Shown here in pieces: positions 42,223 through 55,965 of a DNA stretch of 64,000 nt. The notes beneath the pieces are model-generated. The model worked only from the letters and a program-made list of their open reading frames with translations. It made no database searches and was not told where the DNA came from. The stretch's first letter is position 1, and the number at the start of each line of letters is the position of its first letter. The position numbers and the translations under genes were made by a program. This stretch comes from the human T2T-CHM13v2.0 reference genome, Homo sapiens. The stretch lies in the NCBI RefSeq assembly GCF_009914755.1, contig NC_060947.1. One strand, given 5' to 3'.

Positions 42223-42289
42223 ATCTGAGTCACGTGGCACCAAATATGTTAGTGGTGGCAAATATCAATATCTGAGTCACTTGGCATCA
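42223..42289 (-). other. Two tandem tRNA-His-type PBS copies
   Basis: Minus strand: tgatgccaagtgactcagat (42270-42289) and tggtgccacgtgactcagat (42223-42242) vs TGGTGCCGTGACTCGGAT. Confidence 0.7.
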
Positions 42290-43490
42290 AATATGTTACC
42301 AGTGGAAGGTATCTGTGTTACCAGTGGTGAATCTGTATAGGTCAGCAGCAATCTCAATTCTTCCCTCCTCAGGAGAAAGAATTTGAGGAACATATTCTCC
42401 AAAAGAGACCAAAGCAAGTTTCAGAGCAGGAGTGAAAGTTTATTTTAAAAGGCTTTCGAACAGGAAAGAAAGGAAAGTATGCTTGGAAGATACCCAAGCA
42501 GGTGACTTGAAGGACAAGTGCAGTGTTGAACCATGATCCTAGGACTTTATAGGCTGACCCATCTCTGGTGTTTTGCACCCCTTTCCCATGATTCTTCACG
42601 TAGGGTGGGCTGTCTGCATGCTCAGTGCCCTCCTTACTGTTTGAAAGTCAGCACGCACTGTGTGTTTAGGAAGTTGTGTGCATGGCTATCTGAGGCTTTT
42701 TCCCTTTTCTAGTGGAGTGCCCAACAGAAGACGATTCTCTGCCATTTTGCCTCTTAATGCACATGCCCAGGAAGTTACTTATTCCTGGAGTCTACATTCA
42801 ATTAACACTTTAGGGCAACAGGTGTGGACCATCAGGAAATGGCCTCTCCTTGGAGCCAGATGCCAATTATCATTTTTAGAGAACCAATGTAATAATTGTC
42901 AAATCATCACCTGATATTCCTGGTAGGTGGGTGGAGCCCTCTCCTGTCTAACTACCTGTAACAAAATGTATTTGAGTATTGTCAGCCCAATCATGATTTT
43001 AGAAATGGAGAGATTCTTCAAAAGACCTAAAAATCAATGTTAAAAAAACCTATTTTCCTGTAACCTATGAAATTAGTATAAAAGAAATATTTAAAAAATA
43101 GTTTACTTTCATAAAATTTAGCTATTATATGTAATTTATCTTGACATTAACACTGTGACTCTGAAGCAAAACAATGTTAGTGGCAGCTGAAGTTTTAACT
43201 TAAGCAAAATGTATAGGTTTAATTGATTTTTTCAAAATTTTATTAATAGCAAAGTTGGGAAATGTAAGGTGGGTAATAAATAGAATCTTATAATTTTTTC
43301 TGTGCAAATGAAGATGTTTTAAATATTATTTGTCTTCATCTTTTAAATGCTAGCATAAAATAAAAACAATGTACTAGACATGTTCTATAAACTTTTGTAA
43401 ACAAATTTACATTTGTTAATATGAAATAAATGGTAACATGACTAATTTTAGAATCTTTATAATGTTGCAAATTGTGTATTGATATACACA

Positions 43491-43519
43491 ATTACAGGCA
43501 TGAGCCACTGCACCCAGCC
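43491..43519 (-). mobile_element. Isolated 29-nt Alu head fragment
   Basis: attacaggcatgagccactgcacccagcc in AT-rich flank. Confidence 0.8.
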
Positions 43520-43950
43520 TTAGTTTTTTTTAATCATCAGTTTAAAAATGATCAGTTTTATTACAAATTAGTAATTTTACAATAATATTAAGGGGTTTAA
43601 GAGGCTCTATTTCTTTTATTCAATTATTGTCTATTGATTTGGATCCAAACATAATTATCACCAAATATTTCATTTTTTCCATTGTTTAACCCCTTAAAGT
43701 TCTATCTAAAATGAATTACGTGATTGGACTTAATAAATTTTTGCTGATGATAATTATCTCTCTGTCTGTACTCCTGGAGATAAACTCCAACACCACAGGA
43801 GTAATGTTAATAGATCCCATCTACATGTAAGACCTGTCTAGACATGGAGACGAGTAGGGGGTTTGAAGGCATCACTTTATGCGAGAGTAACAATAAGAGG
43901 AGCCATCCACGCACTGTATCATTGAAATAAAGTTTAACTAAATCACAAGA

Positions 43951-45045
43951 TGTTGTGGGAAGTCAGGGACCCTGAACGGAGGGACTGGCTGAAGCCATGG
44001 CAGAAGAACATAAATTGTGAAGATTTCATGGACATTTATTAGTTCCCCAAATTAATACTTTTATAATTTCTTATGCCTGTCTTTACTGCAGTCTCTAAAC
44101 ATAAATTGTGAAGATTTCATGGACATTTATCACTTCCCCAATCAATACTCTTACAATTTCCTGTGCCTGATTACTTTAATCTCTTAATCCCATCATCTTC
44201 ATAAGCTGCGGATGTATGTCCCCTCAGGAACCTGTGATGATTGCGTTAACTGCACAAATTGTTCATAAAGCATGTGTGTTTGAACAATGTGAAATCTGGG
44301 CACCTTGAAAAAAGAACAGGATAACAGCGATGTTCAGGGAACAAGGGAGATAACTATTAGGTCTGACTGCCTGGGAGCCGGGGCAGGACAGAGTCATATT
44401 TCTCTTATTGCTGAAAATGGGTAAGAGAAATATCGCTGAATTCTTTCCCCAGTAAGGAATATTAATAATTAACAGCCCTGGGAAAAGAATGCATTCCCAG
44501 GGGGTGGCCTCTAAAATGGCCACTCTGGGAGTGTCTGCCTTATGCAGTGGTAGATAGGGATGAAACACGCCCTGGTCTCCTGCAGCACCTCCAGGCTTGC
44601 TAGGATTAGGAAATTCCAGCCTGGCGAATTCTAGTCAGACTGGTTCTCTGCTCTTGAACCCTGTTTCCTGTTAAGATGTTTATCAATGACAGTGTGTGCA
44701 CAGTGGGACATGAAACTTCATCAGTAGTTCTAGTTTCGCCCTGGCCTTGTGACCTCGCCCTGCCCATTTGCCTTGTGATATTTTATTGCCTTTGAAGCAT
44801 GTGATCTCTGTGACCCACACCCTATTTGTACACTCCCTCCCCTTTGAAAATCGCTAATAAAAACTTGCTGGTTTTGGGGCTCAGGGGGCATCACGGAACC
44901 TGCCGACATGTGACGTCTCCCCCGGACACCCAGCTTTAAAATTTCTCTCTTTTGTACTCTTTCCCTTTATTTCTCAGACCAGCCAACACTTAGGGAAAAT
45001 ATGAAAGAACCTACCTTGAAATATTGGGGGCTGGTTCCCCTGATA
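43951..45045 (+). mobile_element. MER11 solo LTR (HERV-K11/HML-8)
   Basis: tgttgtgggaagtcagggaccctgaacggaggg ... ggctggttcccctgata; 6-bp TSD acaaga/acaagg. Confidence 0.93.
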
Positions 45046-45084
45046 ACAAGGAAAAGTTGAAAGAAACTGAGTGGAGTTTTATTC

Positions 45085-45270
45085 TTTTTATCTTTTAGTT
45101 TTTTAAATTTAAATGAAATTGTATATATTTAAAATGTACAGTGTGATATTTTGATATACATATACATGGTGAACTCATTACTACAGTACAGTTAATGTGA
45201 ATTAACATTCGTGGTTGTATTTTTTTTCTTGTGTTGAGAATACTTGGGACATGCAATCTTAGCAATTTTT
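45085..45270 (-). mobile_element. L1M 3' end
   Basis: aattgtatatatttaaaatgtacagtgtgatattttgatatacatatacat next to a T-rich tail. Confidence 0.7.
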
Positions 45271-46315
<1,045 letters not shown>

Positions 46316-46970
46316 ATACAATGTGTTTATTATATCTTTTAAAAAATTGGTGTTTTGTTTTTGTAAAAGAAAATACAGTAATTATTTGGTTGATTGCTTC
46401 ATAACATATGTAAACTAACAGCCAACTAGCAAGATAACTTGAAATATTAATTTTTTGGCCCATTTTTATTCCTGCTCTTCCAGATGTATGAACTTCTCTC
46501 CTACTTAGAAAAAATAAATTGCATAAAAAATTAAGATTTCCATAATTTATTAGTTTTTACTTTCCAAAATATACCTTGATTAGACACAACAGTTTCGGAA
46601 GCCAAAATTTTCTTTTTTTATATAGGTTTGTTTAGATCAAAGGTATTTGACAATCAAAAGCCTGTACATGAAAAATTTTGAGTTTATTCCATTTCAAAGA
46701 ATTGGGGAAGAGAATCAATAGACACGTAGACTAGGTAATCTTTAGGAAAGACTGGAGGAGAGTACCTGGGCTGAGGAAGACAGGAGTAGTTGATGCAGCA
46801 AGGGTAAGTAGGACTATAGAAACTGACAAGGAAGGAATCGCATCTAATGGAGGAGGAGTGGGATAGGAGATTCAGTACAAAGAGACTGTTGAACACTCTT
46901 GCTTAGACTATTAAGCACTCTTGTTTATAGCACCAGAAAGTTGGATAAATGGGAGTTGGTGCCTACAGAG

Positions 46971-47386
46971 TGCTCTGGTCTGAATGCGTCCCCTAACATT
47001 CACAGTGTCGAAACTTAACTACCAATGTGATAGTATTAAGAAAGTAAGGCCATTAGGATGTGATTAAGTCAGGAGTGAAGAGCCCTCATGAATGGGATTA
47101 GTAAACTCATAAAAGAGACTGAAGGGAGTGACCTAGTCCTTTTTTGCCCTTTTTTTCTTCTTTGACCATATGAGGATATAGTGTCCACCCTCATTGGAGG
47201 ATACAGCAACAAGATGCCAACTTGAAAGTAGAGAGTGAGCCCTTAACAGACACCAAATCTTCTGGCACCTTGATCTTGTACCAGCTTTGAATATACTTTT
47301 AAGTAATTATTGAGAAGTAAATTTTTATTATTTTTGAATTATTTTATCTGTGGTATTTTCTTATAGCAGCAGAAACAGACTAACAC
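46971..47386 (+). mobile_element. MSTD/MLT1A-like solo LTR
   Basis: tgctctggtctgaatg...gagccctcatgaatgggattagt...aacagactaaca; possible TSD cagag. Confidence 0.8.
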
Positions 47387-47779
47387 AGAGATAATATGTT
47401 ATCACAGGCCTTTGAGTGAGGCTTGCCTATGATGAGTAGCTGCTGTCATTGTTTTTGTCACTGTTGAGAGGCAATCATGACAGCTCTCTGAATCCCCAAA
47501 AGATTTTCCAGATTAAATCAGAACTACCTGTGATTGACTTGTTCAGTCCACTTTATCTGCTTATAATGACAAATCTCTTTCAGTAATATATGGTCTTGAG
47601 GCTCCTAAAACAGAGGGCAGGATCTTGAATATCCAGACTACACATGTTGGTGGTGGTTATAACTGTTTAGAAGGGAAACCACTTCTAAACTTCTTAGTCC
47701 CAATACTTGTATGAGTCCAAAGCAGTGGTCACAATTTGCTACCACACCAATTCCATTAGCTGTTTTTGTGTTATGTTAT

Positions 47780-48570
47780 AAGCTGAACAATTCATATTGT
47801 AAATGGGAAGTATAATGGTGAGAATAGACTCTCATCTGTGACAAATTGTTTTCAGGTGGAGTCATGAGTCTTGAAAGATGAGTAAAAAAAATTCCAGGCT
47901 TGGGCCAGGATATTGGTGTGAGTGTATATATCTAGCAATAAAAAATTGTTTTAAACATGAAAATACTGAACAATATAAGTCATTATAGATGAATTTGAAG
48001 GATCAATGATGAGATAAGGCTGGAGAATTAGGAAATTTCTATATCATCAAGGAATTCTTTTCACTTGAAATCTATTAGATTTTATCCTCTAGGCCAAGGG
48101 TCCCCAGTCCCTGGGCTGCGGACCAGTAGCAGTTCATGGCCTGTTAGGAACTGGGCCATACAACAGGAGGTGAGCAGTAGGTAAGCTAGCATTACCGCCT
48201 ACACTCTGCCTCCTGTCAGATCAGCAGCGGCATTCGATTTTCAAAGGAGTGCGAACCTTATTGTGAACTGCATTTGTGAGGGATCTAGATTCTGTGCCCC
48301 TTAAGAGAATGTAACTAATTCCTGATGATCTGAGGTGGAACAGTTTCATCCTGAAACAATCCCCCACCTCCCGTCCCACGGAAAAAGTGTCTTCCACGAA
48401 ACCAGTTCCTGGTTCCAAAAAGGGTGGGGATGACTGCTCTAGGCCAAAGAGATTTTTAAATCTCCATTGAGGAATTTCAAAGAGATGAAGGAAATGATAA
48501 GATTTGCATTTTAGAAAGATTACTCTGTGCCGTGATCAAGGATGTTCAGACTGAAAAGAGACCTTTGAAA
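47780..48570 (-). mobile_element. L2 fragment (host of MER1B)
   Basis: tgagtcttgaaagatgagta...gattttatcct...agatttgcattttagaaagattactctg. Confidence 0.5.
48095..48436 (+). mobile_element. MER1B (hAT-Charlie) DNA transposon, complete
   Basis: Termini caagggtcccca / ggggatgactg; perfect 8-bp TSD ctctaggc (48087-48094 / 48437-48444). Confidence 0.93.
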
Positions 48571-48679
48571 TGCTATAGACCTTGAGTCTTGCTTGAAGTG
48601 TAATTAGAACTAAGATACATGGTTCTTTTGAATATAGTTGTAAGTAATTATTAAGAAACTTCTGCTATTGCTATTTTTA

Positions 48680-48690
48680 TTTTATTTATG

Positions 48691-48744
<54 letters not shown>

Positions 48745-48974
48745 CAGGGTCTCGCCCTGTCACCCAAGTGGGAGTGCAGTGGCATGATCATGGCTCACTG
48801 CAGCCTCCACTTCCTGGGCTCAAGTGATCCTCCCACCTCATTTTTTGATTTTTTTTGTAGAGACGAAGTCTCAATATGTTGCCCAAGCTGGTTTTGAACT
48901 CTTAGGCTCAAGCAATCCTCCTGCCTCTGCCTCCCAAAGTACTGGGATTATGGGCTTGAGCCACTGCACCCAGC
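48680..48974 (-). mobile_element. AluJ with internal deletion
   Basis: ctcactgcagcctcc..ctgggctcaag; TSD tattgctattttta / tgttgctattttta. Confidence 0.88.
48692..48743 (+). repeat. (TG)n, about 26 units, in Alu tail
   Basis: Direct reading. Confidence 0.97.
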
Positions 48975-50241
48975 TGTTGCTATTTTTAATATTTCATAAT
49001 AATTTATCTTCTACATTTTGTTTTTATGAGCATGTATTTTTTATTACAGGTCTGTTGTCCTTTATTTCATGTGGACTATAAAGCCCTATTTTATATCTAG
49101 TATACTGAGTCACGGTGGTGGCAGGCAGAAGGAGAGAAAGACAATATTTATTGACCATTTTCTGTTTAATATGTACTCTGCTAGGTTCTTTTAATTTATA
49201 GCTACCTAAATGATATTCAGTGAGAAGTAGTTAAACAGAAATAAAAGTTTAGCTGCTATATCTAGGGATAGAGTTACTGCTTTTTTAGCAAATATGTGAT
49301 GGTGTTTGTTTTTCAGCCTGAAGGGACTATATGTTTCATTTTCAACCACAATAAAGAAATAGCCTTTCTTATTAAATAATTGTTAAAGTTATTTCAGATG
49401 GCACAACACGTGAAGAATGTGTTTTGTTGTAGTGAGTAAGTAAATATAACACACGTACATAAGCCACCAAGTTATTAAAATAGAAAAGCATTTATAGAGG
49501 CACACAAAACGAAAAGTCACATCAAGAATAATCCCTTGTTAACAAAGGGCAGAATAGACCAGAACAAGAATATTCTTGAAGTAGATTCATCAACAGAAGA
49601 AAAAGGAATAAAGACTATCATAAAAGAATCGCTACTTGTAGTAATATTAGGTCAAGGATTTTCCATTGCTCTTTAGTGAGGGGTAATGGCAAAGTTAGAT
49701 AAAACCTTCACTGTAAGGTGTTCACTCTTGCCATTTGTAAGGCTAGATTATGCTATTAATCTTTGATGAAGGTTCTGCTAGTCCCAACAAATACCTTTTT
49801 TTCTTTATAAATCTCCTACTTAAGCATGCCATCCAAATATTGTTTGAAATAGATAACTGGATTGGATGATCCTTTATTAACTTTTAATCAAGATTTTGAT
49901 TCCCAGAATGAAGCATGGTGAACCATATCCCTCACAGACTTTTGTTTTTACTTAATAAAGCTAATTATTACATATTCTACTTGATTCACATAACCAGTCT
50001 ATAAGATTTTATTCACATTTTACAGAAAAATTGAAGTTCAGAAGGAATTATGCATCTTAATCAAGACCACATATCCAGTAAGAAGTAGATACAAGAAACA
50101 AACATAAAATTGGGTAATTTTGTTTTATTTTCAGTTGCCATGCCTTTTTAATATTTTTTAAACTGGAACAGTTTCTGGATCCTTTATTGTATTTCTTGAC
50201 ATTGATGTTTTTGAATTGCACAGACCAATTGTTTTGTAGAC

Positions 50242-50565
50242 TGTCTTAGTCCACTTGAGCTTCTGTAAGAAACTGCCATAGACTGGGTGGTTTATGAAAA
50301 ACAGAAATTTATTTCTCACAGTCCTGGATGCTGGAAAGTTCCATAATCTAGGCACCGACAGATTTGGTGTCTGGTGAAAGCTAGCTTTCTGGTTCATAAA
50401 GGGCTGTTTTCTCACTGTGTCCTTACTTGGTGGAAAGGGAAAGAGAGTCTTTTGGGATCTCTTTTGTAAGTACACTACCCTCATGATCTAGTTAATGACT
50501 TATCAAAGGCCCCACCTCCAAATATCATCACATTTGGGATCAGGACATACATTTAGCCTATAGCA
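50242..50565 (-). mobile_element. MLT1A-like solo LTR
   Basis: tgtcttagtcc...aacagaaatttatttctcacag...tatagca; perfect TSD tagac. Confidence 0.88.
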
Positions 50566-50924
50566 TAGACTATCCAACTTGAGTTTTTTTTAAATATTTT
50601 TTTCAAATTTTTTATTTATGTTTCCATAGGATGAGATTCAGGTCATACAATTGTGGCAGGAATACCACAGGAGTTATGCTAAGTTATTGTATCCAGAGGT
50701 ACATGCATTACTGATAATCTTATCTTTGATCATCTTGGTAAAATGTTGTCTTCCAGGTTACTCCACTATAAAGTTACTATTTTTCCCCCTTAGTAATTAA
50801 AAAGTATTTGTAAGGTGATAATTTGAGACCATGTAAATACATTGTTATTTCTTAAGTTTTTACCTAAGAGATTTAGAATCCATTGATGATTCCTGCCTGA
50901 ATAATTTATTACCATGATGATTGC

Positions 50925-51274
50925 TGTCATAGCCCATTGTATGCAGCTATGCCAGAATACCACAGACTGGGTAATTTACAACAAGCAGAAATCTATTTGG
51001 CTCATGTGTTCTAGAGGCTGGAAGTCCAAGGTTGAGGGGCCACTTTTTTCCTGTGTTATCCCATGGTGAAAGGTATCAAGTGGGTGAGGGAGAGGGAAGG
51101 GGACCAAGCCCATTTTTTTGTAAGCAACCTACTTCCCGGTAAATGGTAATAATCCATTCACAAGAGCAGAGCCCTCATGACCTAATTCTCTTAAAGGTTC
51201 AATCTGGCAACACTGTTGCACAGGGGATTAAGTTTCCAACATATGAAATTTAGAGATGCATTCAAACTTTGGCA
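50925..51274 (-). mobile_element. MST (C/D-like) solo LTR
   Basis: tgtcatagccc...ccacagactgggtaattt...cattcaaactttggca; TSD attgc/gttgc. Confidence 0.8.
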
Positions 51275-53167
51275 GTTGCTAAGGGGTACTTTTTAATTCT
51301 ATCATTTCTTCTTATCAGTTGGCTTTCTACTATGTGTAAGGATATTCCAACTTGTTGTTTGTTTCTGTGTAGACTGATGGATTATTTAATAGGTTATAAT
51401 GTTTTAATATTGTTAGTTCATATTATTATTTATTTTGATGTTCTTATTGTCCCAGATTTGGACAAAATATGCTGTTTTTAATATGTTCTTTGTTATTTTA
51501 ACATGTCAGTATCATTAGTTGAGTACTTTTTTACTTTTTGGCAAAAAGATATTTTAGATTCTTGTAATTGTCCCTCCTCCAGCCTTGGTATCAGCTACCC
51601 TTTTTAAATACCCCCAGTTCCTTTTAGTAGAAAATGCCTTTACAAACTAAGATTTGAGGAGTAGGTATGCTGATTGTTATTGGGGAGATGTTGCTTCTAG
51701 TCTTTCAGCAGAAACATCTAGGGAAAAAGTATATGTGTATACATACATATATAAACATATACATACATAAAAATACCCACACATATCTGTATTTTTGTGT
51801 ATGTTTAGGTGTATGTAGATATGAAGCCTATGATTATAATTAGAATCAAAATCATCATTGTGAAATTAAATTTAGGTCTGAACTTTCTTGAAGAAATAAC
51901 AGATAAAGAAACCTGAGAATATTTATGTTTTCAGGATAGAAATTTTTTCCTGTAATTAATTCTAAGACTTCTTATTATGATCTTTGTACAAAGCAAACCG
52001 CTAATGTTTTTAACAGTAGTTTTATGTGAGTTGCATAAATGTACATAATTAATCATAGATACCTTCAAATGTTCTTATATTTACTCTTGATACAAATCAA
52101 ACTATTAAACCATTATTCCATTTAAGTATTATTATAGAAATTTAAATCATTACAGGTCTTGTGACTTGATATTGAAAAAGAGCTTAGTACACATAGTTCA
52201 ATGACTTTTTAGTCTTGCTATTTGATTATCTTTCTCATATATTACTTGTCTCAATTTAACTTGGCAGAAGCTTGATTACAGAAATGAAATGGTGGTCAAT
52301 TCAATATTTGGTTCTTTTAAAAACCTGGGAATTGACAATTTATAATTGTATACATTTTGGGGGCACAAAATGATGTTAAAATTTATGAACACAATATGGA
52401 ATAATGAAATCATGCTAGCTAACATACTCGTTACCTCAAATACTTAAATTTTATTGTTGTAAGAACATGTGAAATTTACTTTCTCAGCAATGTTGAAAAT
52501 TAACTATATTCTCCATACTGTATTATTAACTATATTCTCCATACTGTGCAATAAATCTCAAAAAGAACCCTATATCCTTCCTGTTCTACTAAGATTCAAT
52601 GTCCTTTGGATATCATCTTCCTATTCCCCTCAACCCCAGCTTCTGTAAACCATTCAATTCTCTGCCTCTGTCAGTTTTATTGTTTTAGATTCCATACATG
52701 CAGTATTTTTTTATTTCTGTGCCTGGCTTATTTCACTTAACCTATTGTTCTCCAATTCCTTCCATGCTGTTACAAATGACAATTTTGTTTTTAATGTTTA
52801 AGGCTGAATGGTATTACATTGTGTATTTATACTAAATTTTCTTTATTCATCTGCTGATGAACAATTAAGTTGATTCTATAACATAGCTATTGTGAATAAT
52901 GCTGTAATGAACATGGTAGTGTAGATGTCTCTTTGACAAATTGTTTTTAAATATTTTTGAGTAATTACCCAGAACTGGGGCTGGTGGATTATATGGTAAT
53001 TGTATTTCTAACTTTTTAAGAAACTATTATAGTTTTCCATAATGACTTTACTAAATTACATTCCCACCAATGGTGTACAAGGGTTCCCTTTTCTGCATAT
53101 CCTCGCCAACATTTATTATCATTCATGTTTTTTATAATATACATTCTCACAGGCATGAGATGATATC

Positions 53168-55494
53168 TGTATTAGTCTGTTTTCATGCTGCTGATAAAGA
53201 CACACCTGAGACTGGGCAATTTACAAAAGAAAGAGGTTTAACTGGACTTACAGTTCCACATGGCTAAGGAAGACTCACAATCATGGAGGAAGAAAAGGAA
53301 GAGCAAGTCAGCAGCTTACATGTATGGCAGCAGGCAAAGAGAGAGAGGGAGCTTATGCAGGGGAGTTCCCTTTTTAAAAAACATCAGATCTTGTGAGACA
53401 TATTCACTATCATGAGAACAGAACAGGAAAGACCTGTCCCCATAATTTAATCATCTTCCACCAGGTCTCTCCCACCACACATGGGAATTATGGGAGCTAC
53501 AAGATGAGATTTGGATGGGGACGCAGAGTCAAACCATATTATTCCACCCCTGGCACCTCCCAAATCTCATATCTTCACATTTCAAAACCAATCATGCCTT
53601 CCCAACAGTCCCCCAAAGTCTCAGCTTATATCAGCATTAACTAAAAAGTCCAAAGTCTCATCTGAGACAAGGCAAGTCCCTTCCACCTATGAGCCTGTAA
53701 AATCAAAAGGAAGTTAGTTAATTCCTAGATTCAATGGAGGTACAGGCATTGAGTAAATACAGCCATTCCAAATGGGATAAATTGGCCAAAACAAAGGGGC
53801 TACAAGCCTAAGCAAGTTCAAAATCCAGTGGGGCAGTCAAATCTTAAAGCTCAAAAGTAATCTGGTTTGACTCGCTGCCTCACATCCACGTCACACTGTT
53901 GCAAGAGGTAGGTTCCTATAGTCTTTGGAAGCTCCGCATTTGTGACTTTGCAGGATACAGCCTCCCTCCTGGCTGCCTTCATGGGCTGGCATTCAGTGTC
54001 TATGGCTTTTTCAGGAGCACAATGCAAGCTGTCGGTGGATCTACAATTCTGGGATCTGGAGGATGGTGGCCCTCTTCTCACAGCTCCACTAGGTGGTGCC
54101 CCAGTAGGGACTCTGTGTGGGGGCTCCAACCCCACAATTCCCTTCGCCATTGCCCTAGCAGAGGTTCTTCATGAGGGCCTACCCCTGCAGCAAGCTTCTG
54201 CCTGGACATCCAGGCATTTGGATACTTCTTCTCAAATCTAGATGGAGCTTCCCAAGCCTCAGTTCTTGACTTCTGTTCACTTGTAGGCTCAACACCATGG
54301 GGAAGCTGCCAAGGCTTGGGACTTGAACCCTCTGAAGCCATGGCCAGAGCTCTATGTTGGCCCCTTTCAGCCACAGGTGGAGTGGCTGGGGCACAGGGCA
54401 CCAAGTCCCTAGGCTGCACACAAAAGGGGGACCCTGGGCCAGGCCCATGAAACCACTTTTTTTCCTAGGCCTTCAGGCCTGTGATGGGAGGAGCTGCTCT
54501 GAAGACCTCTGACATACCCTGGAGACATTTTGCCTATTGTTTTGGGGTTTAACATTCAGCTCCTGGTTACTTATGCAAATTTCTGCAGCCAGCTTGAATT
54601 ACTCCTCAGAAAATGGGTTTTTCTTTTCTATCAAATTGTCAGGCTGCATATTTTCCAAACTTTTATGCTCTGTTTCCCTTATAAAACTGAATGCCTTTGA
54701 CAGCAACCAAGTCACCTCTTGAATGCTTTGCTGCTTAGAACTGTCTTCTGCTAGATACCCTAAATCACCTCTCTTAAGTTCAAAGTTCCACAAATCTCTA
54801 GGGCAGGGATAAAATGCCACCAGTCTCTTTGCTAAAACATAACAAGAGTCAACTGTGTTCCAGTTCCCAACAAGTTCCTCATCTCTATCTGAGACCACTT
54901 CAACCTGGATCTTATTGTCCATATTGCTATCAAGCTTTTGGTCGAAGCCATTCAACAAGTCTCTAGAAAGTTCCAAACTTTCCCACATTTTCCTGCCTTC
55001 TTCTGAGCCCTCCAAACTGTTCCAACGTCTGTCTGTTACCCAGTTCCAAAGTCGCTTCCACATTTTCAGGTATCTTTTCAGCAACACCCCACTCTACTAA
55101 TACCAATTTACTGTGTTAGTCCATTTTCATGCTGCTGATAAAGACACACCTGAGACCCGGCAATTTACAAAAAAAAAAAAAAAAAACAGATTTAATTGGA
55201 TGTACAGTTCCACATGGCTGGGGAAACCTCACAATCATGGTGGAAGACAAGGAGGAGCAAGTCACATTTTACATGGATGGCAACAGGCAAAGACAGACAA
55301 AGAGCTTATACAGGGGAACTCCTCTTTTTAAAGCTATCAGATCTCGTGAGACTTATTCACCATCACAAGAACAGCATAGGAAAGACCCACCACTGTAATT
55401 CAATCATCTCCCACCAGTTCCTTCCCACAGCACATCGAAATTATGGGAGCTACAAGATGAGATTTGGAAGGGGACACAAAGCCAAACCATATCA
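53168..55494 (-). mobile_element. Full-length THE1 (THE1A-like): LTRs 53168-53541 and 55112-55494
   Basis: Paired LTRs, THE1 internal, perfect TSD atatc (53163-53167 / 55495-55499). Confidence 0.95.
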
Positions 55495-55605
55495 ATATCC
55501 CATTGTGTTTTAAATTTGCATTTCCTTAATGATTAGTGATGCTGATCATTTTTCATGTCTGTTGGCCATTTGTATATCTTCATTTGAGAAATGTTGATAT
55601 GTACC

Positions 55606-55965
55606 TGTATTAGTCTGTTCTCACACTGCTAAAAATAAATACCCAAGACTGGGTAATTTATAAAGAAAAGTGGTTTAATTAACTCACAGTTCTGCATGGC
55701 TAGGGACACCTCAGGGCTCTTACAATCATGGAGAAAGGCACCTCTTCACAGGGCAGCAGGAGAAAGATTGATTGCCAGCAGGGTAAATGCCAGATGCTTA
55801 TAAAACCATCAGATCTCATGAGAACTTCCTCACTATCATGAGAACAACGTGGGGAACCATGCCCATGGTTCAATTACTTCTACCTGGTCCTGCCCTTGAC
55901 ACATGGGGATTATGGAACTACAATTCAAGATGAGATTTGGGTGGGGACACAGCCAAGCCATATCA
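55606..55965 (-). mobile_element. THE1 solo LTR
   Basis: tgtattagtctgttctcacactgct ... gccatatca; perfect TSD gtacc. Confidence 0.93.

Larger units (their letters stand above)
50160..51830 (-). mobile_element. L1MC-like 3' region carrying two MaLR LTRs
   Basis: ccactataaagttactatttttcccc, tgatgttcttattgtcccagatttgg, cagccttggtatcagc are typical antisense L1MC. Confidence 0.7.

Noticed and set aside
43769-43803. Small hairpin tactcctg...caggagta as a possible ncRNA
   Set aside because: An 8-bp stem is expected by chance; no snoRNA, miRNA or Pol III promoter features recognised.
44007-44135. 33-nt direct repeats resembling a spaced repeat array
   Set aside because: Only two copies and, as I recall, a normal part of the MER11 LTR; no CRISPR-like array or prokaryotic context.
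52500-52547. Tandem duplication taactatattctccatactgt
   Set aside because: Ordinary slippage duplication within a dead L1; similar short duplications occur at about 8100 and 13362.
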